From an uncultured Acidobacteriota bacterium (GTDB lineage Bacteria; Actinomycetota; Acidimicrobiia; Spongiisociales; ZC4RG35): a stretch of DNA of 64,000 nucleotides. Below are positions 14,667 to 25,468 of the stretch, in pieces (position 1 is the first letter of the stretch; each line of letters begins with the position of its first letter). The DNA is taken from contig CAWHEU010000022.1 of the NCBI GenBank assembly GCA_963828465.1, positions 1-64,000 on the forward strand. The letters run 5' to 3'. The notes below the pieces were generated by a model that worked only from the letters and a program-made list of their open reading frames with translations, did no database searches and was not told the DNA's origin. A program made the position numbers and the translations under genes.

Positions 14667-15687
14667 CAAGGAACGTGGCCATCTGGTCGCGTCGGATCGG
14701 ATCGTCCGGGCAGTACCTGGTGTTCTCCGGTGGGTTGCAGCCGAGTGTGATCCCGGCTGCGCCCAACCGGTTGATGGCATCCTCGAAGATGTGACCGCGG
14801 TCGTCACCGAAGTAGTCGGTAGTGGCGGCCGGGAGATCAAAGGCGCGAACCAGGAACGCCGCCATCTCGCCTCGAGTCATCGTGCGGTCGGGACAGAACC
14901 TGGTGTTCTGGGGCGGGTTGCAGCCCTGCGTTATGCCCGTGGTGGCAACCTGGTTGATCGCGTTCTCGAACGTCGAGGCGCTGTCGTCGTTGAAATGGTC
15001 TCCGTCGGCTCGGGGCAAATCCAATGCTCGAGCGATGAACGCAGCCATGGCCCCGCGGGTGACGGAGTCATCAGGGCAGAACAGCGAGTTGTCGGGTGGG
15101 TTGCAGCCGACAGTGATCCCTTTGGCCGCGATGGCCTCGATGTTCGGTTCGTGGAGGTTGCCGTCATCGTCGGCGAAGGTGCCGTTGTAGCCGGGCGTGC
15201 GGGTGGCGCTGGCATCAGTTGGTGGTGGTTCGGCGCTCGTGTCGCCCCTCCCGACGAAGACCACCGTGACATACAGAGAGCCGCCACTGGTGTCGGTCCC
15301 GATCCCGACGTAGTTGTAGTCACCCAGCATGTTCGCTTTATGACCGGGGGAGGCCATGAACGCGTTGTGAAGTGAGGTTGGGGAGCTCCCCTTCCCGACG
15401 TTCTCAGCGATCCCTGACCAGCCGGGGCCGGCTGCGGCGGTCAGCTCTGCTTCACTGGAGTGGTAGAGCTCACCCGCCGCCGCCATTTCTTCAGCATGGC
15501 TTCGGGCGTACGAGCGCAAATCCGCGTCGAGCTGCAGAGCGCCGAGGCCATTCGCGGCCCGGGTCGCATTGATCTTCGACAGGAATTCTGACTCGGTCTC
15601 GCTATCCGCGGCCGCGACAGGGGCAAGGGCGAAAAGAGTCAGCGCGACGAAAACGAGCGACATCATCCAACGACTGCTTCCGCGCAT
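14650..15687 (-). CDS. Secreted CAP (SCP) domain + three SLH-like repeats
   Basis: Signal peptide; CAP motifs INATRA..AENVG..SPGHKANML; three GCNPPxNxxF/YCPD..R..MA.F repeats. Start is uncertain (15687 or 15666). Confidence 0.88.
   Translation of the reverse strand: MRGSSRWMMSLVFVALTLFALAPVAAADSETESEFLSKINATRAANGLGALQLDADLRSYARSHAEEMAAAGELYHSSEAELTAAAGPGWSGIAENVGKGSSPTSLHNAFMASPGHKANMLGDYNYVGIGTDTSGGSLYVTVVFVGRGDTSAEPPPTDASATRTPGYNGTFADDDGNLHEPNIEAIAAKGITVGCNPPDNSLFCPDDSVTRGAMAAFIARALDLPRADGDHFNDDSASTFENAINQVATTGITQGCNPPQNTRFCPDRTMTRGEMAAFLVRAFDLPAATTDYFGDDRGHIFEDAINRLGAAGITLGCNPPENTRYCPDDPIRRDQMATFLVRASS
14660..15185 (-). repeat. Three protein-level SLH-like repeats with GCNPPxN..CPD
   Basis: VGCNPPDNSLFCPDD, QGCNPPQNTRFCPDR, LGCNPPENTRYCPDD; DNA gggttgcagcc recurs three times. 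Confidence 0.85.
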
Positions 15688-15839
15688 CCGTGAGTAATCG
15701 GCGCCGGCGACGATTTTCTTTAGGTGGTGGCCTGCCCTCCTTTCCTGCACACGTTTGTGGTATATACCGATCACGAGCGGCGGCTCATCGTTGGAGGAGA
15801 CATGGAGCGACTGCGGGCGGCTTTGACTGGCACCCCGGC

Positions 15840-16850
15840 GTGACAGGCACCGAGGCTCGTTCGGTGGTAGATGTCCACAGCCATCTCCTTCCGAGGTCGG
15901 CCATCGCCGCTGCCGAGAAGGGTACCGACTGGTTCGGGTCGCGAATCGAGATCGACGACCTCGGCCGTCCCGAGATCGTGACCGGCGACTACCGGGTCTC
16001 GATGGGCGGCCCGGCGCACTGGGAATCGATCGAGAAAAGGATCGCCCGCATGGACGACACGGGCGTCGACAGCCAGGTCATCTCACTCAACCCGATCCTG
16101 TTCCGCTACTACCTCGACCCCGACGACGCCATCGAATGCTCGAAGGCAGTCAACGACGAAATCGCCGGCATTGTCGCCGACCATCCCGATCGATTCGCCG
16201 GCTACGGGACCCTGCCAATGCAGGAACCCGCCGCCGCAGTGGGCGAACTGGAGCGGGTGATGTCCACCGCCGGGATGGTCGGGGTGAGCGTCGGCACCCA
16301 CGTCGGCGGGCTGAACTGGGACGAACCCGACCTCTTCCCGGTCCTCGAGGCTGCCGAGCAATCCAATGCCCTTGTCTTCGTCCACCCAGCCGCCTCCCGG
16401 CTGAAGGAGGCACTGCCTCGATATCACATGCGCAATTTCATCGCCAACCCCACCGAGACCACCATCGCCATCGGGTCTCTCATCTTCGGCGGCATCCTCG
16501 ATCGTCTGCCCGGTCTCCGTCTCCTCTTCGCCCACGGTGGCGGCTACGCGTGTTGGGCCTACGCCCGTTTCGACCATGGTCACGAGGTCAGACCCGAGGC
16601 CCGCGAGCATATTTCCAAGCTTCCGTCCGACTATCTGAGTGCCCTGTGGTACGACTCGCTGGTTCACGGGTACGGCAATCTGCGTCGGCTCGTCGACGTA
16701 GTCGGGATTGACCAGGTGGTATTGGGAACGGATTTCCCTGCCGACATGGGCCAGCCCGACCCGGTGGCCTGGATCGAGGGGAGCGACCTGTCCGAAACGG
16801 AGAAGGTCGCGGTGCTCGGTACGAATGCAGAAAGGTTGCTCGGATGGTGA
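15840..16850 (+). CDS. Amidohydrolase_2 family, ACMSD-like (paralog 2)
   Basis: VDVHSH, FVHP, IANPTET, AHGGG, VLGTDFP; colinear with 13638-14666. GTG start is inferred. Confidence 0.88.
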   Translation: MTGTEARSVVDVHSHLLPRSAIAAAEKGTDWFGSRIEIDDLGRPEIVTGDYRVSMGGPAHWESIEKRIARMDDTGVDSQVISLNPILFRYYLDPDDAIECSKAVNDEIAGIVADHPDRFAGYGTLPMQEPAAAVGELERVMSTAGMVGVSVGTHVGGLNWDEPDLFPVLEAAEQSNALVFVHPAASRLKEALPRYHMRNFIANPTETTIAIGSLIFGGILDRLPGLRLLFAHGGGYACWAYARFDHGHEVRPEAREHISKLPSDYLSALWYDSLVHGYGNLRRLVDVVGIDQVVLGTDFPADMGQPDPVAWIEGSDLSETEKVAVLGTNAERLLGW

Positions 16851-17794
16851 AGGACCCGTCAATCGAAACCGTCATGCCGGCTGGCGCCGCCAGGCTTCGT
16901 GAGCTCTTCCAGCGTCTCGATCCCAATTTCGCCAAGCTGTCGTCGACTCATCTGTCCAGGCTCCTCAGCCGGCCCGGGCTCGACGCCCGGACCAGGCTCC
17001 TGGTCCTGACGGGCCAGTACGCCACCACCGGGCGACACGACCAGTTGGGGGAAACCATCGAAGCCGCCCTCGATTCCGAAGTGCGCTCCTCCGACGTCCT
17101 CGAGGTCATCCTCCAGTGCTACGTATACACCGGGCCCTGGGTGGTGGCTGCCGCCGGTGGGGTGTATCTCCGAGTCCTGGAGCGACGGTCGGAGATCGAA
17201 GATGACCTGTCGGCCCGTGTCGACGACGGCGCCAACCGCAACTTGGAGGAGGAGCGTGCCACGTGGAGTGACGCTGACCGCGACGACCCTCGGCTCCCCG
17301 ACCTTATCGAACGGTACGGCTGGCACGGGATCTCGACTGGGCTCCGCCTCCGACCCCGTCATCACCTCAACCTCGCCGCCACCCTCGATGCTCTCGACCC
17401 CGACTACCTGCAGACCTGGCTCGACGCGATCTACGGAGGGATGTACGTCCGGGGCGTGCTCGACGACCGCACCAGGGTCATCTGCGTGGTGGGCAACACG
17501 CTGGCGGCGGGGGAGCAGCACCAATCCCGACGTCACATGCGATCCGCCCTCCGCAGCGGCGCCACACCCAAAGAGCTCCTCGAGGTGATCTTCCAGACCA
17601 CGGGTCTGTTTGGCCACACCCATCTCATGCCGGCAGCCGTCGACGACCTGGTGCGGATCGTCGACGAGGAGGGACGTCTCGACGAGCTGGTTGCCCCTGA
17701 CCGGATCGAAGAAGTCCGTCGGATCGTTGCGGCCCGGGCGGCCAGCCGTGGCGGCATCGCCGAGATCGATCTGAAGACATCTGGAGGGGAAGGA
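16844..17794 (+). CDS. Tandem carboxymuconolactone decarboxylase (CMD/AhpD-like) domain protein; no stop before the next gene
   Basis: Two repeats: RPGLDARTRLL..EVILQ..VYTG and RGVLDDRTRVI..HMRSALRSGATPKELLEVIFQ. Reads in frame into the ATG at 17795. Confidence 0.75.
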
Positions 17795-18821
17795 ATGAGC
17801 AAGCGGATCGGGGTGCTCGGTGCCGGGGCCATCGGGAGCAGTGTCGGGGCCGACTTCACCGAGGCGAGGGAAGGACGTCGTCCTGATCGACCAGTGGCCG
17901 GCCCACGTGGAGACGATGCGCACCGAAGGGCTGCGGGTGGTGATGCCGGACCGAGAGGTGAACGAGAAGGTCCGGGCGCTCCACATCGGTGAGCTGGCCA
18001 CCGAGCGGCCCACATTCGATCTCGTGCTCCTCGCCGCCAAGTCCTACGACACCGTCTGGATGTGTCACCTGATCAAGCCATACCTGGCCGATGACGGTGT
18101 GTTCGTCGGCCTTCAGAACGGGATGAACGAGGAGATGATCACCCCGATCGTGGGCAGCGAGCGGTGCATCGCATGTGTCGTCGAGCTCTCCGCCGAGATC
18201 TGGGAGCCGGGGCTGGTGCAACGGGACACCACCAGGGAGGGGACCTGGTTCGCGGTGGGAGAGATCGACGGGGCGATCTCCGATCGGGTCGAAGAAGTGG
18301 CGGCCTTGCTCCGGCATTCGGCCCGGGTCGACGTCACCGACAACATCTTCGGCGCCAAGTGGTCCAAGCTCGTCGTCAACTCGATGACCATGGGTCCTTA
18401 TACACTGCTCGGGCTGAAGAACTGGGAGGCCTCGGCGCTACCGGGGATGACCGAGATCTCGGTGCGGCTCGGACGGGAGTCGGTGGCCGTAGGGGAGGGG
18501 CTCGGATACCGGCTCGAGCCGATCTTCGGGATGAGCGCCGAGCAGTTCAGCGGTACAGGCGACGAGATGCTGGTCAACGCGATCCGGGTCCTGCATGGTC
18601 ACATCGGGAAGGATGCGACCACGGCCACCGTCCAGGATCAGAGGAAGGGCCGCCGCACCGAACTGGAGCACATCACGGGGACTGTGGTCCGCAAAGGGCG
18701 GGAGGTTGGGGTGCCCACCCCGGCCAACGATGCGGTTATGAAGCTGGCCGGTGAGATCGATCGGGGCGATCGGAACATGGAGCCGGCCAACCTCGACGCC
18801 TTGAAGACGCTTCTCGACTGA
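17795..18821 (+). CDS. Ketopantoate reductase (PanE/ApbA) family, frameshifted near 17866
   Basis: MSKRIGVLGAGAIGS, then in another frame AAKSYD, LQNGM, KWSKLVVN, QD..KGRRTE..ITG.V; GGAGGGGAAGG RBS. Confidence 0.85.
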
Positions 18822-18824
18822 GGG

Positions 18825-19913
18825 TCAGGGTCTCTCGACCGCCACCGCCTCACCGGTGCGGGAGGCCTCCTCGATCGCCAGCGTGGCGGCCAGGGTCACC
18901 AGCGCCTCCTTGCCGGTGGAGAGATGACATGGTGTGCCGGCGGTGAGATAGTCGAGCCACGTCCGTGTTTCCTCGGCGACCCGACCGAACATGCGCCCGT
19001 CCGCCCACTCGCCAGCGGACTGGCTCCCCAGGAAGTAGAGGTTGACTTCCTGTTCGCCGGCATAGGCGTTCTGATGGCCCTGCTCGGTGTAGAGCATCTG
19101 CTCGCGATGGTCGTCGTCGATAAGCAGCGCCCCCTCGGAGCCGAACATCTCGAACCGGATGCTCTGCCCTGTGGTGGGGAACCCCATGGGGAGCATGTAG
19201 CAGACGTCGAATCCGAACACCGACCCATCCGAGTAGGTGAGCGTGGCCGACGTGACATCGTCGACATCGAACCCGTTCTCCCTGAAGACGATGCCGTGAC
19301 CACGGGCCAGCGCCTCCACCGGGACCACGTCCTCCCCGACGTACCAGCCGACCAGATCCACCAGATAGGTCAGGACGTCCATGACCGGTGTGGCGTGGAC
19401 ACTGCGGCGCAGGATGGCCAAACCCTGGGCCCGGGTGGAATAGACCCTTGCCCATCCACCGACCACCTGGCCTATCGCTCCCCGGTGCACGTGGTCGCGA
19501 CCGACGAAGTACTTCTGCAGGAATCGGGCGGAATAGGCGACCCGGAGATCAACGCCGGCGGCGGCGGCCTCCGCCACCATCTTCGAGCCGCCCACGATCT
19601 CCAGCGCCAACGGCTTCTCGACCATGACCGGCCGTCCCGAAGCGCAGGCGGCCACCACCGCATCGACGTGGGTGTCCTCGGGAAGCGACACGATGACCGC
19701 GTCGACGCGGGGGTCGTCGATCACGGCTGCGAGATCGTCGCCATAGGCGTCTGCTTCGGTGGTCTTGGCCAGACGCTCCGCCGCCTCTAGCGATTTGTCC
19801 ATGACCCGGAGGTACTCCACCCCGGGATGGGCTGCGGCCAGCCGGGCCCGGTGGGTCCCCATCCGCCCGGAGCCGACCACTCCGAGCCCGATGCTGCGAT
19901 GACTGCTCATCAT
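18825..19913 (-). CDS. Gfo/Idh/MocA family oxidoreductase
   Basis: GVVGSGRMG, VMVEKPLA, FGSEGAL motifs. Confidence 0.92.
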   Translation of the reverse strand: MMSSHRSIGLGVVGSGRMGTHRARLAAAHPGVEYLRVMDKSLEAAERLAKTTEADAYGDDLAAVIDDPRVDAVIVSLPEDTHVDAVVAACASGRPVMVEKPLALEIVGGSKMVAEAAAAGVDLRVAYSARFLQKYFVGRDHVHRGAIGQVVGGWARVYSTRAQGLAILRRSVHATPVMDVLTYLVDLVGWYVGEDVVPVEALARGHGIVFRENGFDVDDVTSATLTYSDGSVFGFDVCYMLPMGFPTTGQSIRFEMFGSEGALLIDDDHREQMLYTEQGHQNAYAGEQEVNLYFLGSQSAGEWADGRMFGRVAEETRTWLDYLTAGTPCHLSTGKEALVTLAATLAIEEASRTGEAVAVERP

Positions 19914-19921
19914 TGATTCTC

Positions 19922-20818
19922 CTATTTCGCAGACCCGGAAACGAGACCAGCCACCATGTACCGCTCGATTCGGTTGTACATGATCAGGAATGGCAGCACG
20001 GTGAGGAGGGCGAAGGCGGCCTCGGCGGGGAAGTTGGCGATGCCCTGCCCGGTCTGCAGCATGAACAACTCGAAGGGGAGAGTTCGCTTGCCTGGGGTCG
20101 AGGTCAGGACCAGGGCGAGGGTGAACTCGTTCCAGGCCTCCCGGAAGGCCAGAGCGGCGATGGTGATGGTGGCCGGGGCGGCCAGGGGAAGCACCACACC
20201 TCGGAGACGCTGCCAGAGCGTTGCCCCGTCGACGCTGGCCGCCTCCTCGATGTCACGTGGTATCTGCTGGATGAAACCGACCAGTAGCCACACCGCCAGC
20301 GGTAGGAGCGTCCCCGTATAGACGAAGATCAGCGTCGTGAGCTTGTCCAGCTGCCCGGTCTCCGCCGCCAGACGGTAGAGAGGAATCATGGTGCCCAGGC
20401 TGGGGACGAGCCGGGGGAGCAGCACCAGAAGCAGTAGGAGGTGTCTGCCCCGGAACCGGAACCGGGCGAAGGCATAGGCGGCGGGGACGGCCAGCAAGAT
20501 GGTGAGCAGGGCGGTGCCGAATCCGACGATCACGCTGTTCCAGAAAGCGGCCCGGAAGTTGGGGTCGGCCAGGACCTGCTGGTAGGCCTGGATGGTCGGG
20601 TTCTCCGGGATGAGGTTGTAGTTGGCGAACGTCTCACCCTTGGTCTTGAAGGAGACCGAGATGGTCACCAGGAACGGGATGACGGTCCACAGCACCAAAC
20701 CGATCAACGGCAGAGACAGCACCAACCGGCGAACCCACCGGCCCCGACGTGACAGACCAGGAGTGCTGGAGCCCCGCACCGTGGGCCCGGCCTCCTCGCG
20801 CGCCGTGGTGCCCACCAT
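19922..20818 (-). CDS. Carbohydrate ABC transporter permease (MalG-like)
   Basis: AAYAFARFRFRG, EAA loop IPRDIEEAASVDGA, AWNEF; ATG overlaps the upstream TGA at 20818. Confidence 0.9.
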   Translation of the reverse strand: MVGTTAREEAGPTVRGSSTPGLSRRGRWVRRLVLSLPLIGLVLWTVIPFLVTISVSFKTKGETFANYNLIPENPTIQAYQQVLADPNFRAAFWNSVIVGFGTALLTILLAVPAAYAFARFRFRGRHLLLLLVLLPRLVPSLGTMIPLYRLAAETGQLDKLTTLIFVYTGTLLPLAVWLLVGFIQQIPRDIEEAASVDGATLWQRLRGVVLPLAAPATITIAALAFREAWNEFTLALVLTSTPGKRTLPFELFMLQTGQGIANFPAEAAFALLTVLPFLIMYNRIERYMVAGLVSGSAK

Positions 20819-21760
20819 CAGAGAGCGACCTCGTAGCGGCGGGAGACCCGAACGTAGGAAAGGGTGAGCAGGGCGTTGAGCACCAGGATGAAGGTGGCGA
20901 TGGCCAGTGCCCGGTTGAACTCCAATGACCTGAAGGCGGTCAGGTACATGTCCATGGCGAGGGTGGTGGTGGCATTGAGCGGCCCGCCCCCGGTCAACGC
21001 CAGGACCACTCCCAATCCGGTCAGCGTCGAGTAACTCAGCCAGACGGTGCTGATCACGATCTGAGGTGTGAGCAGCGGCATGGTGACGTATCTCGCCCGG
21101 GTCCAGCCGGTAGCGCCATCGACGAGCGCCGCATCGAGGTACGACCTGTCGATCGTCATCAACCCGCCGAGGAGGAGGAGGATCGTCAACGGGAGATCGG
21201 TCCACACCTGGGCGAAGATGACCACCAGCATCGCTGTCACCGGCTGGGACAGCCACGACGGCCCGTCGATCCCGATCTGGCCGAGCAAGCCGTTCACCAG
21301 GCCGAACTGGGAGTTGAACAGGATGCGGAACATCAAGGCGGCGGCCACGTTCGAGATCAGGTACGGGCGCGAGCGAGATCGACCTCAGGAATCGTGCCCG
21401 CCCGACCACCTGGAACAGGGCGAATGCGAAGAGCAGCCCGAGGGTGGTCCCGACGATCAGACAGCCTCCGACGAAGATGAATGTGCGAATCAGGGAGCTC
21501 CAGAACATCTCGTCCTGAAACATCTCGGCGTAGTTCTGGAGGCCGACCCACTCCTCTGGAGCGCCGAGGATCTCGGGCCGGAACAGGCTCTCCCAGACGC
21601 CGTACAGCACGGGAAAGGCCAGAACCGCCGCAACGACGATGATCGTTGGCAGTGAGAACAGATACGGAGTCGACCGCCCCTGGCCGAGCATGACGCTGTT
21701 GTTGGGGTCGGACGGACGCGGCTCCCGTTTTCGGCGGGCCCGCTCGGCGAGCGCCGTCAT
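20818..21760 (-). CDS. Carbohydrate ABC transporter permease (MalF-like), frameshifted near 21365
   Basis: WVGLQNY..D..FW.SL in the first frame; FGLVN, DAALVDGA, TGGGP in the second. Confidence 0.88.
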
Positions 21761-21849
21761 GTGTCCACTCTCAGTCCTCCAGCCGGCCGCAGACGCGCCC
21801 GCCCCGGCTGAGCGGGACGGGCACGCAGGTCATAGGTTGATGTTCCGGC

Positions 21850-23169
21850 CTATAGCTCGTCGAGTTGTGGTTGATACTCGTCGGCCAGCTCTTGAGCGGT
21901 CTTGTCGGTGCCCACCACGATCTCGCCGAACATCTGCTCCAGCACGGCTTCGACATCGCCACCGTTGAGCGCGGCCGGGACTGAAGCGCTTCCGGCGTAC
22001 GCCTCCCGGAGCTGATCGGTGAAGAACGGCCAGATCTCATCCAACCGGGGGTCGGCGAGGTGTCTCGAGTTGCGCATCGGCACCGACCCATTGGCCGCCG
22101 CATCGACCAGCGTCTCGTTGACATAACGCATGGCGAGGCCAGCCTCGTACGGATGCTCGGTGCCGCTGGTGAGGAACCAGGTCCGGGCGTTCGAGATCTG
22201 GTGGCCGTCTATCTGAGCACCGGTCTGTGAAGCCGGGACGGGGATAACGCCCCACACGGTCTCATAATCGAAGCCGGGTTCCTCGCCAAGGTCGCCGGCC
22301 ACCGTGAAGCCGTCGAGGATCATCGCAGCGTCCTGAGCCAGGAAGACGCCTCGCGCCTGGTCCTCGTCCCAGCTGATGGCGTCCGGGGGCATGAGACCCT
22401 CTTCAGCGGCAGTCAGGAACCACTCCAAGGTGTAGATGCCACCCGGCGACTGCAGGTCGGGGGTCGCGCCCTCGAAGGGAGCGCCCGCGGCGCTGAGGAA
22501 GGTCTTGAACAAGGTGACGCCGGTGGTCGGCAATGCCTGCACGGTGAGCGGGATCCCGTCCGGCCGGGCTGTCTTGGCTGCCCGCAATGCCTCGAGGACG
22601 CCGTCGAGAGAGTCGATGGTCGACGGGTCGACCCCGGCCTCTTCCATCCACGGGACGTTGAAATAGAAGATGTCGAAGTTGGCGGTCAGGGATGAACCGA
22701 GAGTCTGCCCTTCGAGCAGGTTCTCCTCCCAGGCGATGGGCAGGATGTTGGCGAACTCCTCGGGGTCCTCCTCCTCCCACGTCGCCATTTCCTCGTCGAA
22801 GGGCATGACCAACCCGGCCGCGTTGTAAGCCTCGATCAGGAAGGTGTCGTCCTGGACGAGGTCAGGCATCGGCTGATCTGCGTCCTGCATGCGCTGCAGC
22901 TGCTGGAGGATGTCGTCGTTCGCCTGGACGTCCAGGGTCACGTGGATCTCTCCCTCGTGCCGTTCGTTGAAGGCGTCGTAGTTGTCCGGTGGGGCATACC
23001 AATCACGAGATGCCCACACGAGGAGCTCGACCGGCTCGCCTCCTCCCTCAGCTCCTGTGCCGCCCGTCGTGGTGTCGGTCGATTCGCCACTATCGCAGGC
23101 AGCGAGAACCAGCACCATCGCCAGGAACAGCGACCCGAACCGGACAGCTCGTCTTGATTGCGACTTCAT
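21850..23169 (-). CDS. ABC transporter extracellular solute-binding lipoprotein (CUT1 family)
   Basis: Lipobox LAAC; GGAGGAGG RBS before ATG 23169; very acidic; directly upstream of two permeases. Confidence 0.9.
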   Translation of the reverse strand: MKSQSRRAVRFGSLFLAMVLVLAACDSGESTDTTTGGTGAEGGGEPVELLVWASRDWYAPPDNYDAFNERHEGEIHVTLDVQANDDILQQLQRMQDADQPMPDLVQDDTFLIEAYNAAGLVMPFDEEMATWEEEDPEEFANILPIAWEENLLEGQTLGSSLTANFDIFYFNVPWMEEAGVDPSTIDSLDGVLEALRAAKTARPDGIPLTVQALPTTGVTLFKTFLSAAGAPFEGATPDLQSPGGIYTLEWFLTAAEEGLMPPDAISWDEDQARGVFLAQDAAMILDGFTVAGDLGEEPGFDYETVWGVIPVPASQTGAQIDGHQISNARTWFLTSGTEHPYEAGLAMRYVNETLVDAAANGSVPMRNSRHLADPRLDEIWPFFTDQLREAYAGSASVPAALNGGDVEAVLEQMFGEIVVGTDKTAQELADEYQPQLDEL

Positions 23170-23323
23170 CCCTGGTCCTCCTCCGTGGTACCTGAATGTG
23201 TTGCCTGGCGGGTTGGACTCGCCATCCTGCAATATACGTGATGCATGATATCCGTGCGGCGTCGAGCAGGGAATGGCGATTGCTAGGCAAATACCTCGGT
23301 TCGAATCGAGCTCCTAGGGACGA

Positions 23324-23689
23324 TCAGGAGAAGAACTCGGTGATCGCCGCGGTGTCGTCGGAGAAGGCCCAGCGGTGGGTGACCTTGCCGTCGCGAATGT
23401 GATAGATCTCGGCCACCTTGTAGTCGAGGGTTCGGCCATCCCTCTTGCCGGTGGCGTTGATCAGAGCGATGGCATGTTCGTCGTTGGCGACGACGTCGTG
23501 GACCGACCCGTCGATCTCCCAGAGACCAGCCTGCTCCTCCATGTGGGCCAGCAAGGCTGCCTTGCCGACTATCGGCTCATCCCGGCCGATCTCCCACCAT
23601 TCGACGGCATCGTCGATGCCGTTGGCATAGTCCTCGACTTCTCCTTCGAAGTATTGGCGAACCAGCGCCGCGTTGGGGTGGTCTGTCAT
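23324..23689 (-). CDS. SnoaL-like/NTF2 family protein
   Basis: HPNAALVR..W..G..G..VHDVVANDEH..YHIRDGKV pattern; GGAGG RBS. Confidence 0.85.
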   Translation of the reverse strand: MTDHPNAALVRQYFEGEVEDYANGIDDAVEWWEIGRDEPIVGKAALLAHMEEQAGLWEIDGSVHDVVANDEHAIALINATGKRDGRTLDYKVAEIYHIRDGKVTHRWAFSDDTAAITEFFS

Positions 23690-23820
23690 ATGGGCCTCCT
23701 TCGTCCGGCCGCTTCCGACACAAACCTACGCCTCGGCAGGTTGCCAATGGGTGGCCTCAGTAGAGCCTGATCAACGACGGCGCGGCGGCGTAGCCTGATA
23801 CCGCGCACGGACAGGGGGAC

Positions 23821-25388
23821 ATGACCGGAAGCACATCGCTTTGGGGAACGACCTACTTCCTGGCGCTGTTCGCCGCGATACTGGCCCTTCCCACCAGCTG
23901 GTTTCTCTTCCGTCGCTACCGGCGGTCGATTCTTCGGCTGATGAACGAGCGCTCCTCTGGCGATCAGATGGCGGAGGACATTGGTCCGATCCCTGACCAC
24001 CCCCGGCCCACGGCGTCACCGCACACCGACGTCATCGAGGCGGGGTTGCGACGGAACGTGATCGTGGTGGTCATCGTCGCACTCGTCTCCGCGTTCGCCT
24101 TCGCCGCGTTGTTCCTGGTCTGGAACGAAGTCGGCCTCTCGGTCTGGCGGCTCTCGACCTTCGGCATTCTCTACTCCTGGCCGGCGGTGATCGGAGTCTG
24201 GATCGTCACCGGCGGGCGGCGACGATGGGTCCTTACTTCCCTGGCCGTGTACTTCGTCTCTCTGGCTATCGCCGTGACCGTCGCCGGCGGCTCATGGGAC
24301 GTGCCGGCGCAGTTGTTCCTGTTCAGCCTGGTCCCCACCGCGGCGATCATCGGGTTCCTCTCCCGCCGCTTTCGCGGTGTGGGCGCTTTGGTGCTCGGCA
24401 CGATGATGCTTGCCCTGGCCGGCTCTCAAGCCTTCGCTTTCACCGTTTTCGGTAACGAGGTCTTGATCACAGCTTGGGCCGAGATTCTCACTGCGCTCGG
24501 CGTCACCAGCGGCATGGTGGCGTGGTTGGCTCTGATTGGGGTGGGGTTCGTGTTGTCCCTCCTCCTCGGAGTCGTCGCAACCAGGCTGCTGGCTGGGTGG
24601 TACGCGCGATTTGGCTTCTCGGATCAGATGCTGCTCCTCGGCTCGACCTTCCTGGTCTTCGCCGTCGACCAATCCGGGTCGGCGAGCACGACGGAGGGAG
24701 GCCCCTTTGGAATAGGGCTGCTCATCTATGTCGCCGCCGCCGTGGTCGCCTTCGTTCTGTATCGCCTCATCCATCGCCGAGCCGGTGGACCCGTCAACTC
24801 TGCTGATGCTCAGGGTGTTCTCATCCGACCCCACACGCCAACGTCTGCTCGACCAGATCGCGTCCAAATGGCGGTATCTCGGCCCGGTCATGATGATCGG
24901 AGGGCCTGACCTGGCCGTGAACAACGTCGAGCCGGATGAATTCCTCGCCTTCGTGAGCGGCCGGACGCGGCGACTCTTCGTCAGCGGCCCCGAAGATCTC
25001 GCCGAGAGGATTGCGGAGCCTCGAGATACGGACCGACCGGGACGCCCGCTACCGGATCGACGAGTTCTTCTGTTTCGACGACACGTGGCGTTCCACCGTG
25101 AGCGAGCTGCTCGCACATAGCGACGCCGTGGTCATGGACCTGCGTTCGTTTGGCCCCGAGAACCGGGGGTCGAGCCACGAACTAGAGCTGCTCGCCTCAC
25201 GAGGCGCATTGGGCCGGACCGTCCTTCTGGTGGACCAGAGCACCGATCGCGCCCTGCTCGACACGATCCTCGCTTCAGTGCCTGAGTCCAAGCCCCCACC
25301 GTTCTCGTGCGTCCACGACGACCAAGCCGATGAGGCGACGCTGGCCTGCCTGGCAGCAGTTGAGGACGCCGTTGCAAGTCACGGGTAG
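23821..25388 (+). CDS. Polytopic membrane protein with C-terminal TIR-like/Rossmann-like domain; two frameshifts (near 24780 and 25015)
   Basis: About 9 TM segments, then LLMLRVF..MIGGPDLA..EFL (frame of ORF 24728) and EFFCFDDTWRSTV..SDAVVMDLRSF..NRGSSHEL (frame of ORF 25011). Confidence 0.7.
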
Positions 25389-25468
25389 TCGACCATCGGT
25401 AGCCTGGATGTCCCACGAATGAAGGGATTCTGACCATCGTCGATCCCTGAGGTCTGAAGGGGGGACTA

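Noticed and set aside
19922-21760. 612-aa single 'double permease' ORF
   Set aside because: It is a frameshift artefact; the middle is out-of-frame Arg-rich sequence, and two separate permeases with a TGATG overlap explain it.
19922-23169. Missing ATPase of the ABC importer as an anomaly
   Set aside because: Actinobacterial CUT1 systems commonly share an MsiK-type ATPase encoded elsewhere.
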